In this document: piece by piece, positions 18,411-28,288 of the stretch
Layout of the letters: every line of letters starts with the position of its first letter
Numbering within the stretch: the first letter of the stretch is position 1
Assembly (NCBI GenBank): GCA_050250935.1
Contig: JBFWNS010000003.1
Span: forward strand, 64,001-128,000
Origin: Candidatus Margulisiibacteriota bacterium
Lineage (GTDB): Bacteria > Margulisbacteria > Marinamargulisbacteria > JBFWNS01
Length of the DNA: 64,000 bases
Direction: 5' to 3'
Position numbers and translations under genes: made by a program
The notes under the pieces: generated by a model
The model's database searches: none
The model's input: only the letters and a program-made list of their open reading frames with translations
Told to the model about the DNA's origin: nothing

Positions 18411-18427
18411 GGATTTGTGTTGTGTTT

Positions 18428-20383
18428 TTAATGGGATTGGCCAGCCTGTGATGTTTGCGCAGTAGGACTTTCTGATTCTGCCGCAGCTGGTGGGGCATTT
18501 GCTGCTAGAACCCATTCTTTGTGTTTGGCGATGGTTTCGTCAAGCAATAGTAACTCTGTTTGGCACTTTTCTGGAAAGTATTTTGCTTGAAAGGCTTTGC
18601 ACCCCTGCTGAATTCGTAGGCCCAGTGCAAAGGCTTTTCTGGGTGGTAGCTGAATCATTTGACTTAAGGATTGTTTAATAAATTCAGAAACTGTGGGTGC
18701 CATCCTAACCAAATCGGGGCAGAGTTCCTTTGTGCCAATACTGTACAACAGTGCTGCCGTTGCCTGTATGGTGGCTTCCGCTTCGCTTGGGCTTTGGTGT
18801 TCGATTAGGGCAACACCGTTTAAAACTTGTGCAAATCGAACAAAGGATCCAAACGTTGTGCTATAGGTCGCCTCGTTTTGTGCGCCAAGATCGTAGCCTC
18901 TTTTAAGCAGGGCAATGTCTAGTTGGGTGTACTGAGTTCGGACACATATTCTGGGGATCATGGTGTGTCCCATGGCAATGTCCATCGACTCTTTGGAACA
19001 GCGAAGATAGGCGATCAGCGTGTTGAAGCCGTCTCTGTAGTTGGAATAGCCGAGTGTTTCGGATAAATCCTGGGTACTTGTTGTTCTGTCCTGAAAAATC
19101 TGGAGTTGCTTAAGAAAGAATATCCTTAAATGAGGTTCTATGGTGTCTTTGTTTCGGGAAGGGAAAATTTGGGGGAGGAGCAGCAGGGTTTCTAGAACGG
19201 CTTCTTGGGCGCAGGGTTGGAGTTGGGGATGGAATTCAATCAGCAACCGGCTGAGCATAAAGACACCCCGGCTTGGGTTATTTTGACGCTCGGTCTCTAC
19301 AGGTGATTGGAGTTGTCTTAAAGATAGAGATAGTTGATCTAGAACCCAAAGGAACGTTTCTTCGTTGTCTTGATTGAACGCTGTTGTAAGCAAAGAAAAA
19401 GACACGACAAGCAATTGATGAATCAGTCCTTTGAAGGTATCGTCTCTTGTTGAAGCATATTCGGGACGGGTTACCAAGGCACAAAGCACTTTAAAAGTGC
19501 CTTCCTGTGCACTGTCTTGAAATTTGTAGACTATTTTGTAGGCCAGGGCTAAGTTTGTATCTTTCAAATTGGGTAGAGTTTCTAGGGCCAGTGCAATTTT
19601 GTTTAGTTCATTATTCGTCGCCGGTTTTTTTAGTTTTGAAAATTTTTCTAGGCAGGTTTTTAGCTCCCCTTCGGTTTGAATGGGGATTTTGAGTTCAATA
19701 ATTCTTTGGATGTCTTGAACTAGGCGTGTTTTTTTTGGGGGGACCTTCATTTTTAGTACTTCAAGGGCTTCGGGTTCTAATCGTGGTACGAGAGGATCCC
19801 AAATTAGGGTTAGTTTAAAGTCTTTTGCTGTTAGAGCGGCTGCTCCAAGAACGATGGCTTTGGATACGTTTAAAAAAAATCCATTATTGGCTGTATTAAT
19901 TAACTGACTGTTGTCATCGAGTATTTTTAAGATGTTTGGAATGTCTTGGGGATTGAGATAACAAAGCAGCTCGATTTCCAACAAAAGGACTTCGTCAGGT
20001 TTAGGGTGTAGGGTTCCGAGTTTGTCACAAAAATGATAAACCAGTGCGATGGTTCCTGCAGCAGCTTCTTGCCAAGGCAGTTTTCGAATCTGTTTAACGT
20101 AGAGGGCCCAGCGTTTTTCCTTTTTTATGTCACAACGGTTGATGGCCGTGGCCAGTAAACGTTCTCTGTAAGTGTTTAGAGGCTTTTTATGCTCGATGGC
20201 CCAATCTAGGGTTTCAACAATCGCCTCTGCTGGCACAGGTTCTTGTTTTTTAAGGTGCTCTTGTAGGGTTTTAAAACAAGTTCTCAGAAAATACGCACTT
20301 GCTCTTGCAAAAGTTTTGTCGAGACTGGCCATGGTGGAGACCGATGGCGTCACTTCTGGGACCGAAAGCCATTTGTGATGCAT
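18428..20383 (-). CDS. Hypothetical 651-aa helical protein (orphan)
   Basis: Long uninterrupted Leu-rich ORF; no motif recognised. Confidence 0.8.
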   Translation of the reverse strand: MHHKWLSVPEVTPSVSTMASLDKTFARASAYFLRTCFKTLQEHLKKQEPVPAEAIVETLDWAIEHKKPLNTYRERLLATAINRCDIKKEKRWALYVKQIRKLPWQEAAAGTIALVYHFCDKLGTLHPKPDEVLLLEIELLCYLNPQDIPNILKILDDNSQLINTANNGFFLNVSKAIVLGAAALTAKDFKLTLIWDPLVPRLEPEALEVLKMKVPPKKTRLVQDIQRIIELKIPIQTEGELKTCLEKFSKLKKPATNNELNKIALALETLPNLKDTNLALAYKIVYKFQDSAQEGTFKVLCALVTRPEYASTRDDTFKGLIHQLLVVSFSLLTTAFNQDNEETFLWVLDQLSLSLRQLQSPVETERQNNPSRGVFMLSRLLIEFHPQLQPCAQEAVLETLLLLPQIFPSRNKDTIEPHLRIFFLKQLQIFQDRTTSTQDLSETLGYSNYRDGFNTLIAYLRCSKESMDIAMGHTMIPRICVRTQYTQLDIALLKRGYDLGAQNEATYSTTFGSFVRFAQVLNGVALIEHQSPSEAEATIQATAALLYSIGTKELCPDLVRMAPTVSEFIKQSLSQMIQLPPRKAFALGLRIQQGCKAFQAKYFPEKCQTELLLLDETIAKHKEWVLAANAPPAAAESESPTAQTSQAGQSH

Positions 20384-20392
20384 GATGCATAG

Positions 20393-20420
20393 GTATCGGG
20401 TTTAAGTCCAAAAAATTGCA
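20393..20420 (-). promoter_or_regulatory. sigma28-like promoter
   Basis: TGCAA-N15-CCCGATAC, ending 9 nt before the ATG at 20383. Confidence 0.45.
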
Positions 20421-20454
20421 AACAAAGCGGCAAAGACCCGATTCGTATTTAAAC

Positions 20455-21165
20455 TTAAAACGAAAAATTCAAAGAGATATGGGCTCCAAATTCTACCAAG
20501 GGCATCGTGCTATTGGGGATCAGGGAATTTACAAGGGCTTCTACACCGGCTTCTGCAAAAGGGACCTTTGCCCCGGCACCCAACGCGACTCGGACAAAAT
20601 TTTGGTCGGGTTGTCCGCCAACGGCATCTTTGATGGTGGTGTTTAAGAGAGCGGCGGATAGGTAGGTTCCCTCTTTTTTGTTATTGGTGTAGGGATGGTT
20701 AAAGATCTGTGCGCCGATTCCAAAAACGGTTCGGTTTTCAACCGAATTCACCACAATATCGGTGCCACCGTCGATGCGTTTGATGTCCGTTTGGCCGGTT
20801 CTGCCCAGCACAAAAATTCGAATTTCTCTGGCGTCTGAATCGAAGCGAAAGGGAATATAGTCCACCGAATAGGTGTTTTGAATGTACGAGGTTCGGTTTG
20901 TTTTCACGGAGTTGTTCAACAGGTGAACCTCGTCGCTATTGTAAACCCAGTTGTTCCACCCATAGCCAACCACCAGATTGTCGACACCGATGTTTAGGGT
21001 ATATCGGGGATAGCCATCGAGTGCCAGCGCGGGGTCAAACCCGTATCCGCCTTTGATGTAAACCTCTTGGGGCGCTGGCAATGCATGGAAGGCCTGAATG
21101 GGGAGGGCCAGCATGACAACAAACACCAAGAGGCTTAAGACAGTCTGGGTTTTAAAGGGTTTCAT
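20455..21165 (-). CDS. Putative outer-membrane beta-barrel protein
   Basis: Signal peptide, amphipathic strands, C-terminal ISLNFSF. Confidence 0.65.
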   Translation of the reverse strand: MKPFKTQTVLSLLVFVVMLALPIQAFHALPAPQEVYIKGGYGFDPALALDGYPRYTLNIGVDNLVVGYGWNNWVYNSDEVHLLNNSVKTNRTSYIQNTYSVDYIPFRFDSDAREIRIFVLGRTGQTDIKRIDGGTDIVVNSVENRTVFGIGAQIFNHPYTNNKKEGTYLSAALLNTTIKDAVGGQPDQNFVRVALGAGAKVPFAEAGVEALVNSLIPNSTMPLVEFGAHISLNFSF

Positions 21166-21167
21166 AA

Positions 21168-21722
21168 CTAGACTTGAATGATTTCCTTGATTTCGGGAAT
21201 CTCTTCGCGAAGTCGGTTTTCGATGCCCATCTTAAGGGTTAAAACCGAGCTGGGGCAAGAGCTGCAAGCGCCTTGAAGTTGCAAGGCAACCACACCGTCA
21301 TCATAGCTTTCGAAGCTGACGTCGCCGCCGTCCATGGCAATGGCTGGGCGAATTTCGTTGTCTAAAATGGCTTTGATTTTTTGAACAATTTCGTCGTCTT
21401 CAGAGGGGCCGCTGTTGAGGCTGTCCAGTTTTTCTTGGGAAATGGGGGCAATGTCGCTGTCCAAAACGGTTTTGATGACATCGGTAACCGGTTCGACCAA
21501 TTTGGCCCAGTCGGTGTCGTTGGTTTTGTTGACCGTCACAAAGTAGGGCCCAACCATGACCCCACAAACACCGTCGATGGCCCAGAGTTGTTCGACCAGG
21601 GGCGAGCCTTTGGCTGAATCGGCAAAGGGAAAGTCCAAGGCTTTTTGGGGGATGATTTGTTTATCCACAACGAATTTTAAAGCGTTGGGGTTGGGGGTAA
21701 TTTGGGCTGAGATGTTTAGCAT
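21168..21722 (-). CDS. Nfu/NifU-family Fe-S carrier
   Basis: TPNPNALKF (Nfu_N), IRPAIAMDGGD, GACSSC. Confidence 0.92.
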   Translation of the reverse strand: MLNISAQITPNPNALKFVVDKQIIPQKALDFPFADSAKGSPLVEQLWAIDGVCGVMVGPYFVTVNKTNDTDWAKLVEPVTDVIKTVLDSDIAPISQEKLDSLNSGPSEDDEIVQKIKAILDNEIRPAIAMDGGDVSFESYDDGVVALQLQGACSSCPSSVLTLKMGIENRLREEIPEIKEIIQV

Positions 21723-21725
21723 TTA

Positions 21726-21793
21726 TAATCACAAATGCGCAGCATTTGTGGGTCGGAAGCTTGAAGTAAATTCAAGCTTCCTCCCGCTGCGCG
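21726..21793. repeat. 68-bp double-hairpin element, copy 1
   Basis: CACAAATGC-GCA-GCATTTGTG plus GGAAGCTTGAA-GTAAA-TTCAAGCTTCC; one mismatch to 27287-27354. Confidence 0.92.
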
Positions 21794-21875
21794 TCCTTTT
21801 TTTGAGATGTCACAAAACTTGGGTTTTGTGGTTTTTTGAGTGGAAAGTTGAATTGGATTCAAGCTTCCGGCTCGG

Positions 21876-22325
21876 TTATTCGGTGGAGATTTCACCTCCG
21901 GTTGTTAGGGCTTTTTCTAGGGCTCGCCAGATGAGGGTCGCGCATTTGACACGAACAGGATAGTTTTTGACGGTTTCAAAAATCTTTAGGGAGCCCACGC
22001 CGGTTCTGGCGGCTTCTGGGCTGGGGTCTTGGGTTAAGAGGTCAATAAAATGGTCTTTAAGGGCCAGTATTTCGTCTGGGGTTTTGCCCAGGGCGGTTTG
22101 GGTCATTAAAGAGGCGCTGGATTTGGAGATGGCGCATCCGCTGCCTTGGAATCCCAGGTCCACAATGCGGTTGTCTTCTATTTTTAAATAAAGCCAATAA
22201 TCGTCCCCACACAAGGGGTTTTTGCCATGGGCAACATGGGTGGGATAGTCGACTTCTTTGAAGTTTTTGGGGTTCTTGTTGTGAACCAGTACGGTGTCTT
22301 GATACAGCTGTTCTAGGCGACTCAT
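21876..22325 (-). CDS. sufU: SufU (IscU-like sulfur transfer protein)
   Basis: NPLCGD, GCAISKSSAS, PVRVKCATL. Confidence 0.93.
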   Translation of the reverse strand: MSRLEQLYQDTVLVHNKNPKNFKEVDYPTHVAHGKNPLCGDDYWLYLKIEDNRIVDLGFQGSGCAISKSSASLMTQTALGKTPDEILALKDHFIDLLTQDPSPEAARTGVGSLKIFETVKNYPVRVKCATLIWRALEKALTTGGEISTE

Positions 22326-23521
22326 AAAAACAATTCCTTAACCCGGTGAATGGCGGCAACGGCGGCGTCGCAATCGCTACTATCATTGTACACCCCAAAG
22401 GAAATGCGGGCAGTGGCGGGCAGATTGAGTAATTTCATTAGGGGTTGAGCGCAGTGATGTCCAGCCCGAATGGCGACATTACAATCATCAAAAATGGTGC
22501 CAATGTCGTGGGGGTGAACCCCATCGATGGTAAAGGAAATGACCCCAGATTGTTGATTGGGGCTGCCAACCAGTCGAACCCCTTCGATGGCCGACAATTT
22601 GGCCTTGGCTTCTTGAAGCAGGCTTTGTTCGTGGGCATAAAGGGTCTCAAACCCTATGTCCCCCAAAAAATCCAACGCCGCGCCCAGCCCAACGGCCTCG
22701 GCAATCGCCGGGGTTCCTGCTTCAAATCGGGCAGGGGTTTGGGCATAGGTGGCGGATTCGTAGGTGACGGTTTCGATCATATCCCCGCCCACTTGGTAGG
22801 GGGGCATGGCATCCAATAGGGCTTGTTTGCCGTATAAAACCCCAATGCCTGTGGGGCCATAGAGTTTGTGGCCAGAAAAAACATAAAAATCGCAACCAAG
22901 GGCTTGGACATCGACTTTTAAATGGGGGACGGCTTGTGCCCCGTCGATCAAAACGGTTGCGCCCACCGCTTTGGCATGGGCTGTCATGGCCTGAATGGGC
23001 AAAATGGTGCCAATGGCGTTCGAAACGTGGGTTAAGGCCACCACTTTGGGGCGGTAGTCTCGCAACAGTTGGGCATAGGCGGCCAAATCGATATCGCAGG
23101 TGTCGGTAATGGGAATAATGCGCAGGGTGGCGCCTGTGGCTTTGGCAACTTCTTGCCAGGGAATCAGATTGGCGTGGTGTTCCAAGGCCGTCACCAGAAT
23201 GGTGTCTTCGGGTTTCAGCAAGGGTTTGGCATAGCTTGTGGCGACCAAATTAATGGCCTCTGTGGTTCCCCGGACAAAGACAATTTCCTTTTCAGAAGCG
23301 GCGCCCAAAAAGCGTTGAACTTTTTGACGGGCCAAATCGTAGGCGACGGTGGCGTCTTGGCTGAGCTGATACACCCCGCGGTGGATATTGGCAAAAGAGC
23401 TTTCATAAAACCGTGTCAGTGCCTCAATAACCACCTTGGGTTTTTGGGTGCTGGCCCCACTGTCCAAAAAATGGAGGGTAGGGTGATGTTCAAAAACGGG
23501 GAAAGCTTTTTTGAAGTTCAT
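22322..23521 (-). CDS. sufS: Cysteine desulfurase SufS
   Basis: LDSGASTQKP, EHHAN, SGHKLYGPTG, RAGHHCAQPL. Confidence 0.96.
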   Translation of the reverse strand: MNFKKAFPVFEHHPTLHFLDSGASTQKPKVVIEALTRFYESSFANIHRGVYQLSQDATVAYDLARQKVQRFLGAASEKEIVFVRGTTEAINLVATSYAKPLLKPEDTILVTALEHHANLIPWQEVAKATGATLRIIPITDTCDIDLAAYAQLLRDYRPKVVALTHVSNAIGTILPIQAMTAHAKAVGATVLIDGAQAVPHLKVDVQALGCDFYVFSGHKLYGPTGIGVLYGKQALLDAMPPYQVGGDMIETVTYESATYAQTPARFEAGTPAIAEAVGLGAALDFLGDIGFETLYAHEQSLLQEAKAKLSAIEGVRLVGSPNQQSGVISFTIDGVHPHDIGTIFDDCNVAIRAGHHCAQPLMKLLNLPATARISFGVYNDSSDCDAAVAAIHRVKELFL

Positions 23522-24684
23522 AGGTGTTTAAGTCCGGCATGGACGCGGGCTTCCAGTGCCTCTCGAACGCCAGCGATGGGGATGGTTTCGATGATTTCTT
23601 CGGCGAATCCATAGGTTAATAAGGCCTTGGCTTCGGCTGCAGAAAGGCCGCGACTGGTTAAATAGAACACCTCGTGATCCGAAATTTGGCCAACAGTTGC
23701 GCCGTGTCCGCATTTTACATCGTCCGCGTCGATGACCAATTGGGGTCGGGAATAGGCCCTTGCTGTGTCCGAAAAAACCAAGGTTTTGTTGGATTGAGAC
23801 GAATCTGTTTTTTGGGCGTCTCTGTGAACGCAAACCAAGCCGTTAAATTCGGAGGTGGCGTTGTCGGATAAAATTTGTTTAAACAATTGTGTGCTGGTCC
23901 CTTCGCCAATGAAATGGTTCAGGTGGGTGTGGATGTGGGCCGTGGCGTTGCCCGAAAGCAAAGCCAAGCCAGACCAACTGGAGCGAATGTTTTGACCCGA
24001 AAAGTTCAGTTGGGCATCAAACCGAGAGTTGCCGTTGTCTGTAAAACGGATGCCGGTTATTTGGACATCGTCTTGCAAATGAAACCGAAAATGATCCAAG
24101 GTTTTGCTTTCGGCACTTGTGGTGTTTTGAGAAACAACTGTAACCTCGCTGCCTGTGGCCGCAAACACGTGGACCAGGGCGTTTTGAATACCAGCATGGG
24201 GATGGATATTTTCGATAATCAACTGAACAGCGGCTCGGGTTTCGACTTGAACCATGACAACCGGAAACGTCACGGTGTTGGGTTGGCTGTGCTCGAACCG
24301 AATGTGTAGGGGTTCTGCAACCTGGGTTTCGGCGGTAATGTCGATAAAAACCACATCGCTGCAGTGGCTGGCAGCCAGAATGGCAAAGGGATTTTTTTCG
24401 TTCAGCAAATGAAAACGCAAGGTTTCCAGTTTTTCGGCAGCTTTGTCTTGGGCTGTGGTATAGACGGAAACGCCAGGTTGTTGGCCAGAAACCGTCACGG
24501 TGGCGGCTTCGGGGCTAACGGGGTTGGCTGTTAGTTCGGCCAAATCGAAATACAAAAAGGCATCTTGCTTAACGTTGGGTAAAGCGATGTTTTTGGCATG
24601 ATCCAGGGCTGCGGTTCGAAAGGCGGTTAAAGCAGCATTTTGGGTGGGGAGGGCTTGGGTTTCAAATAGGGTGGTGGTCGTCAT
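23518..24684 (-). CDS. sufD: Fe-S assembly protein SufD
   Basis: PQLVIDADDVKCGHGATVGQ, FYLTSRG. Confidence 0.93.
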   Translation of the reverse strand: MTTTTLFETQALPTQNAALTAFRTAALDHAKNIALPNVKQDAFLYFDLAELTANPVSPEAATVTVSGQQPGVSVYTTAQDKAAEKLETLRFHLLNEKNPFAILAASHCSDVVFIDITAETQVAEPLHIRFEHSQPNTVTFPVVMVQVETRAAVQLIIENIHPHAGIQNALVHVFAATGSEVTVVSQNTTSAESKTLDHFRFHLQDDVQITGIRFTDNGNSRFDAQLNFSGQNIRSSWSGLALLSGNATAHIHTHLNHFIGEGTSTQLFKQILSDNATSEFNGLVCVHRDAQKTDSSQSNKTLVFSDTARAYSRPQLVIDADDVKCGHGATVGQISDHEVFYLTSRGLSAAEAKALLTYGFAEEIIETIPIAGVREALEARVHAGLKHL

Positions 24685-24689
24685 AAAAA

Positions 24690-25427
24690 TTACCTTGCGT
24701 AGCCTTTTTCTTCCAATTCCAAAGCCAGGGATTTGTCCCCAGATTGAATAATGCGTCCATCGGCCATCACATGAACAATGTCAGGAACAATGTGGTTCAG
24801 AAGGCGTTGGTAGTGGGTAATCACCAAAAAGGCATTGTTTTGGGTTCGCAATTCGTTCACCGCAGTGGCCACGATGCGCAGAGCGTCGATGTCTAGCCCC
24901 GAATCGGTTTCGTCGAGAATGGCCAATTTGGGTTCCAGAACAGCCAGTTGTAAAATTTCGTTGCGCTTTTTTTCGCCACCAGAAAACCCGTGGTTCACGG
25001 ACCGTTCCAAAAAGGTGTCGTCCATTTCGACCAATTTGGCCTTTTCTTGCAACAGGGTTTCAAAATCCAAAGGATCAATTTCGGGTTGTCCCAGGTGTTT
25101 GCGTTTGGCGTTATAGGCCATGCGTAAAAAGCTGGCATTGTTAACCCCTGGAATTTCCACGGGATATTGGAAAGCCAAAAACAAGCCGGCCAAAGCGCGT
25201 TCAGAAGGGTCCAGATCAAAAATCGAGGTGCCTTCCAACAAAATGTCGCCCTCGGTTACGGTGTAGTCGGGGTGACCGGTAATGACTTTCGATAGGGTGC
25301 TTTTCCCAGATCCGTTGGGGCCCATGATGGCGTGAACTTCCCCTTTGTTAATGGCCAGGTTCAAGCCTTTTAAAATTTCGGTGTCCCCAATCGAGGCGTG
25401 CAGATTTTTAATTTCCAATAATGACAT
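24690..25427 (-). CDS. sufC: Fe-S assembly ATPase SufC
   Basis: [41 protein letters not shown]. Confidence 0.97.
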   Translation of the reverse strand: MSLLEIKNLHASIGDTEILKGLNLAINKGEVHAIMGPNGSGKSTLSKVITGHPDYTVTEGDILLEGTSIFDLDPSERALAGLFLAFQYPVEIPGVNNASFLRMAYNAKRKHLGQPEIDPLDFETLLQEKAKLVEMDDTFLERSVNHGFSGGEKKRNEILQLAVLEPKLAILDETDSGLDIDALRIVATAVNELRTQNNAFLVITHYQRLLNHIVPDIVHVMADGRIIQSGDKSLALELEEKGYAR

Positions 25428-25441
25428 GGTTTCTCCTTAAG

Positions 25442-26884
25442 TTATCCGACTGAATTTTCGAGTTTTAGGCTCAGTAATTGGGTGGCTTCGACGGCGAATT
25501 CGGTGGGCAATTCTTTGAAAACGTCTTTGCAAAACCCGTTGATGATGGTGGCCATGGCGTCCTCGGCTGCAATGCCGCGTTGGGCAAAATAAAACAGCTG
25601 CTCTTCGCTGATTTTAACCGTGGTGGCTTCGTGGCCTACCGTGGAGCTGCCATTGCGAACATCGATGTAAGGGAAGGTGTTGGCCGCACATTTGCTGCCC
25701 AATAACATCGAATCGCATTGGGTAAAGTTGTTGGCCCCTGTAGCCGATTTGTTCATTTGAACCAAGCCCCGGTAGGTGTTGGAAGATACCCCTGCCGAAA
25801 TACCTTTGGACACGATGGTGCTCTTGGTGTTTTTGCCAATGTGAATCATTTTGGTGCCGGTATCGGCTTGCTGGAAATGGTTGGTTAAGGCCACGGAATA
25901 GAACTCGCCAACAGACTCGTCGCCAATCAGCATACAGCTGGGGTATTTCCAGGTGATGGCCGAGCCCGTTTCGATTTGGGTCCAAGAAATTTTGGACTTT
26001 TTACCCAAACATTTCCCCCGTTTGGTTACAAAATTGTAAATCCCGCCTTTGCCGGTTTTGGGGTCGCCCGAAAACCAGTTTTGAACCGTGGAATATTTAA
26101 TTTCGGCGTTGTCCAAGGCCACCAATTCCACCACAGCGGCGTGCAGTTGGTTGGTGTCGAATTTGGGGGCTGTGCATCCTTCCAAATAACTCACCTGTGC
26201 GTTTTCTTCACAAACAATTAAGGTGCGTTCAAATTGACCACTTTCTTCGGTGTTAATCCGAAAATAGGTGGAAAGCTCCATGGGGCAGACCACATCTTTG
26301 GGAACAAAAACGAAAGACCCATCGCTAAAAACAGCGGCGTTTAAGGCTGCAAAATAGTTGTCGGTAAAGGGCACGACAGAGCCCATGTATTTTTCGACTT
26401 TGTCGGGATATTTTTCCAAGGCTTCAGAAATGGGGCAAAAAATAACACCGGCTTTCAACAGTTTTTCTTTATAGGTAGTGGCCACCGAAACACTGTCGAA
26501 AATGGCGTCTACGGCCACGTTGGCCAGCTTTTTTTGCTCCATCAACGGAATGCCCAATTTTTCGAAGGTTTTTAAAAGTTCGGGATCCACCTCGTCCATC
26601 GAGGCCAGCTCTTTTTTCTTTTTGGGTGCGGCATAATAATGAATGTTTTGATAGTCGATGGGCGGATAGTCGATGTAGGCCCATTCGGGTTCTTTTAAGG
26701 TCAGCCAATGCCGGTAGGCTTTTAGCCTAAAGTTCAGCATAAATTCGGGTTCGTTTTTTCGGGCCGAAATCATGCGGACGACTTCTTCGGAAAGGCCTTT
26801 GGGGGCGATGTCCGATTCGATTTCGGTTTTAAAACCATATTGGTATTCTTGACTGGTAATGTCTTCGATCGAGCGTTGGGCCAT
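25442..26884 (-). CDS. sufB: Fe-S assembly protein SufB
   Basis: [43 protein letters not shown]. Confidence 0.97.
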   Translation of the reverse strand: MAQRSIEDITSQEYQYGFKTEIESDIAPKGLSEEVVRMISARKNEPEFMLNFRLKAYRHWLTLKEPEWAYIDYPPIDYQNIHYYAAPKKKKELASMDEVDPELLKTFEKLGIPLMEQKKLANVAVDAIFDSVSVATTYKEKLLKAGVIFCPISEALEKYPDKVEKYMGSVVPFTDNYFAALNAAVFSDGSFVFVPKDVVCPMELSTYFRINTEESGQFERTLIVCEENAQVSYLEGCTAPKFDTNQLHAAVVELVALDNAEIKYSTVQNWFSGDPKTGKGGIYNFVTKRGKCLGKKSKISWTQIETGSAITWKYPSCMLIGDESVGEFYSVALTNHFQQADTGTKMIHIGKNTKSTIVSKGISAGVSSNTYRGLVQMNKSATGANNFTQCDSMLLGSKCAANTFPYIDVRNGSSTVGHEATTVKISEEQLFYFAQRGIAAEDAMATIINGFCKDVFKELPTEFAVEATQLLSLKLENSVG

Positions 26885-26887
26885 GGG

Positions 26888-27283
26888 TTATCTCCTCACA
26901 ATTTGGGCAATTTTAACGTTGTCGAACAGGGCGTCGATTTGAACCTGGATGTCTTGAAGGGCTTCTTTAAACAAGCAACTTCCCGAAAGCGTACAGGCTT
27001 TTTCGTTGGGAATGCAATTCGCCAATCGGGTGGGACCGTCGATTGCATCGATAATTTTTTTAAGGCTTAAGGTTGCAGCGTCCTGGAGCAACTGGATGCC
27101 GCCATTTTTACCTTGTCGGGTTTGGATGATGCTGGATTTCGCCAACACCTGAACCAGTTTGGACAGGTTGTTATAGGGAATGCCCAAGGTTTCGGCCAAA
27201 AAGGGCATGGTTACCGATTTTTCCTCGGTGGCCAGATACGTCACAATTCGAATGGCAAAGTCGGCGGACTTGGTTAGTTTCAT
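26888..27283 (-). CDS. Rrf2 family transcriptional regulator with three Cys (IscR/SufR-like)
   Basis: QGKNGGIQL, DAIDGP, CIPNEKACTLSGSC; first gene of the suf operon. Confidence 0.9.
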   Translation of the reverse strand: MKLTKSADFAIRIVTYLATEEKSVTMPFLAETLGIPYNNLSKLVQVLAKSSIIQTRQGKNGGIQLLQDAATLSLKKIIDAIDGPTRLANCIPNEKACTLSGSCLFKEALQDIQVQIDALFDNVKIAQIVRR

Positions 27284-27286
27284 TGG

Positions 27287-27354
27287 TAATCACAAATGCA
27301 CAGCATTTGTGGGTCGGAAGCTTGAAGTAAATTCAAGCTTCCTCCCGCTGCGCG
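27287..27354. repeat. 68-bp double-hairpin element, copy 2
   Basis: Near-identical to 21726-21793. Confidence 0.92.
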
Positions 27355-27526
27355 GTTTTTTTGAGAGGTGGTTTCCTTTGGTTATGGTGTTTCGGCTGCG
27401 CGGTTTTTTTGAGAGGTCGATTTCCTTTTGTTACGGTGCTACCGCTGCGCGGTTTTTTTTGAGAGGTCGATTTCCTTTTGTTACGGTGCTACCGCTGCGC
27501 GGTTTTTTTTGAGAGATCGATTTCCT
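27345..27526. repeat. Tandem repeat, about 3.7 copies of a 48-50-bp unit
   Basis: GCTGCGCGG-T(7-8)-GAGAGGTCGATTTCC... units start at 27347, 27395, 27444 and 27494. Confidence 0.92.
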
Positions 27527-27705
27527 AGTAAAGAATAAAATTCAAAGGGCTTTTGCTTGGCTGGGGCTTTTAACAGCGATTAACATCCTTTGGCTTGATT
27601 TTCTTGCTTGGGGATATTTTTAAACAAGTACTTATTATACAAGTTTAAATCCATTGTGAGAAGCGTCAGGATTGGGCATGGCAAAGGCTTTAAAAAGTTG
27701 TCATA

Positions 27706-28287
27706 ATGGCAGCCATGTTTTGGTACTACCTTTTAAAAGTTTCTGAACCGCGGGTTTTTCTTAAATTTTTAAGTACAATCGTGGTTATTCAGTCCCTGAT
27801 TTTACTTAAATGGTTCGACTGGCGATGGGCTTCGGTGTTTGCTCTTTTCGATTTATCGGTTTTTTCGATTTGGACGGTAGGCGTCATCGTTACCCTTTTA
27901 ATTCGCCTAAAAGCCAAGGAAGTTCCTGCTGAACCCGAAAAACCCGTCATGACGCCCCCTCCTCAACCCTTAAACCCTCAAGAAGACATGGCCGAATGGC
28001 TTCACCCCTATAAAAATTGTGCCATTATTTTGAGCCCCAATCAAACGCAATCCTATTTAATTCCCAATGTCTTTTCAAAAATTCAGACCTCTCAAGCCAT
28101 TCCGCCTGAAGCCGTTCAAGTGATTCAAAAAACCGTAGCCGGCATCCTGAATAAAGGGGTTAAGGTTTCGATTTTGCATCCCAGTCAGGTTAATGCCAAG
28201 TCCTATGTTCCGTTTTTGGATTCCGAGGGTGCCGCAGCCATTGCAAACGAGCTGAAGCTGCCGCTGTTTTTTATTGGGTTGAATTAA
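27706..28287 (+). CDS. Hypothetical membrane-anchored protein
   Basis: Two N-terminal TM segments, Pro-rich linker; 1 nt upstream of tatC. Confidence 0.7.
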   Translation: MAAMFWYYLLKVSEPRVFLKFLSTIVVIQSLILLKWFDWRWASVFALFDLSVFSIWTVGVIVTLLIRLKAKEVPAEPEKPVMTPPPQPLNPQEDMAEWLHPYKNCAIILSPNQTQSYLIPNVFSKIQTSQAIPPEAVQVIQKTVAGILNKGVKVSILHPSQVNAKSYVPFLDSEGAAAIANELKLPLFFIGLN

Positions 28288-28288
28288 C

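Noticed and set aside
18411..18515. N-terminal extension of UmuD in the ORF track
   Set aside because: It overlaps the upstream gene; the ATG at 18410 gives a typical UmuD length.
27345..27526. Possible CRISPR array
   Set aside because: The inter-repeat segments are copies of each other, not unique spacers, and there are no cas genes in the window.
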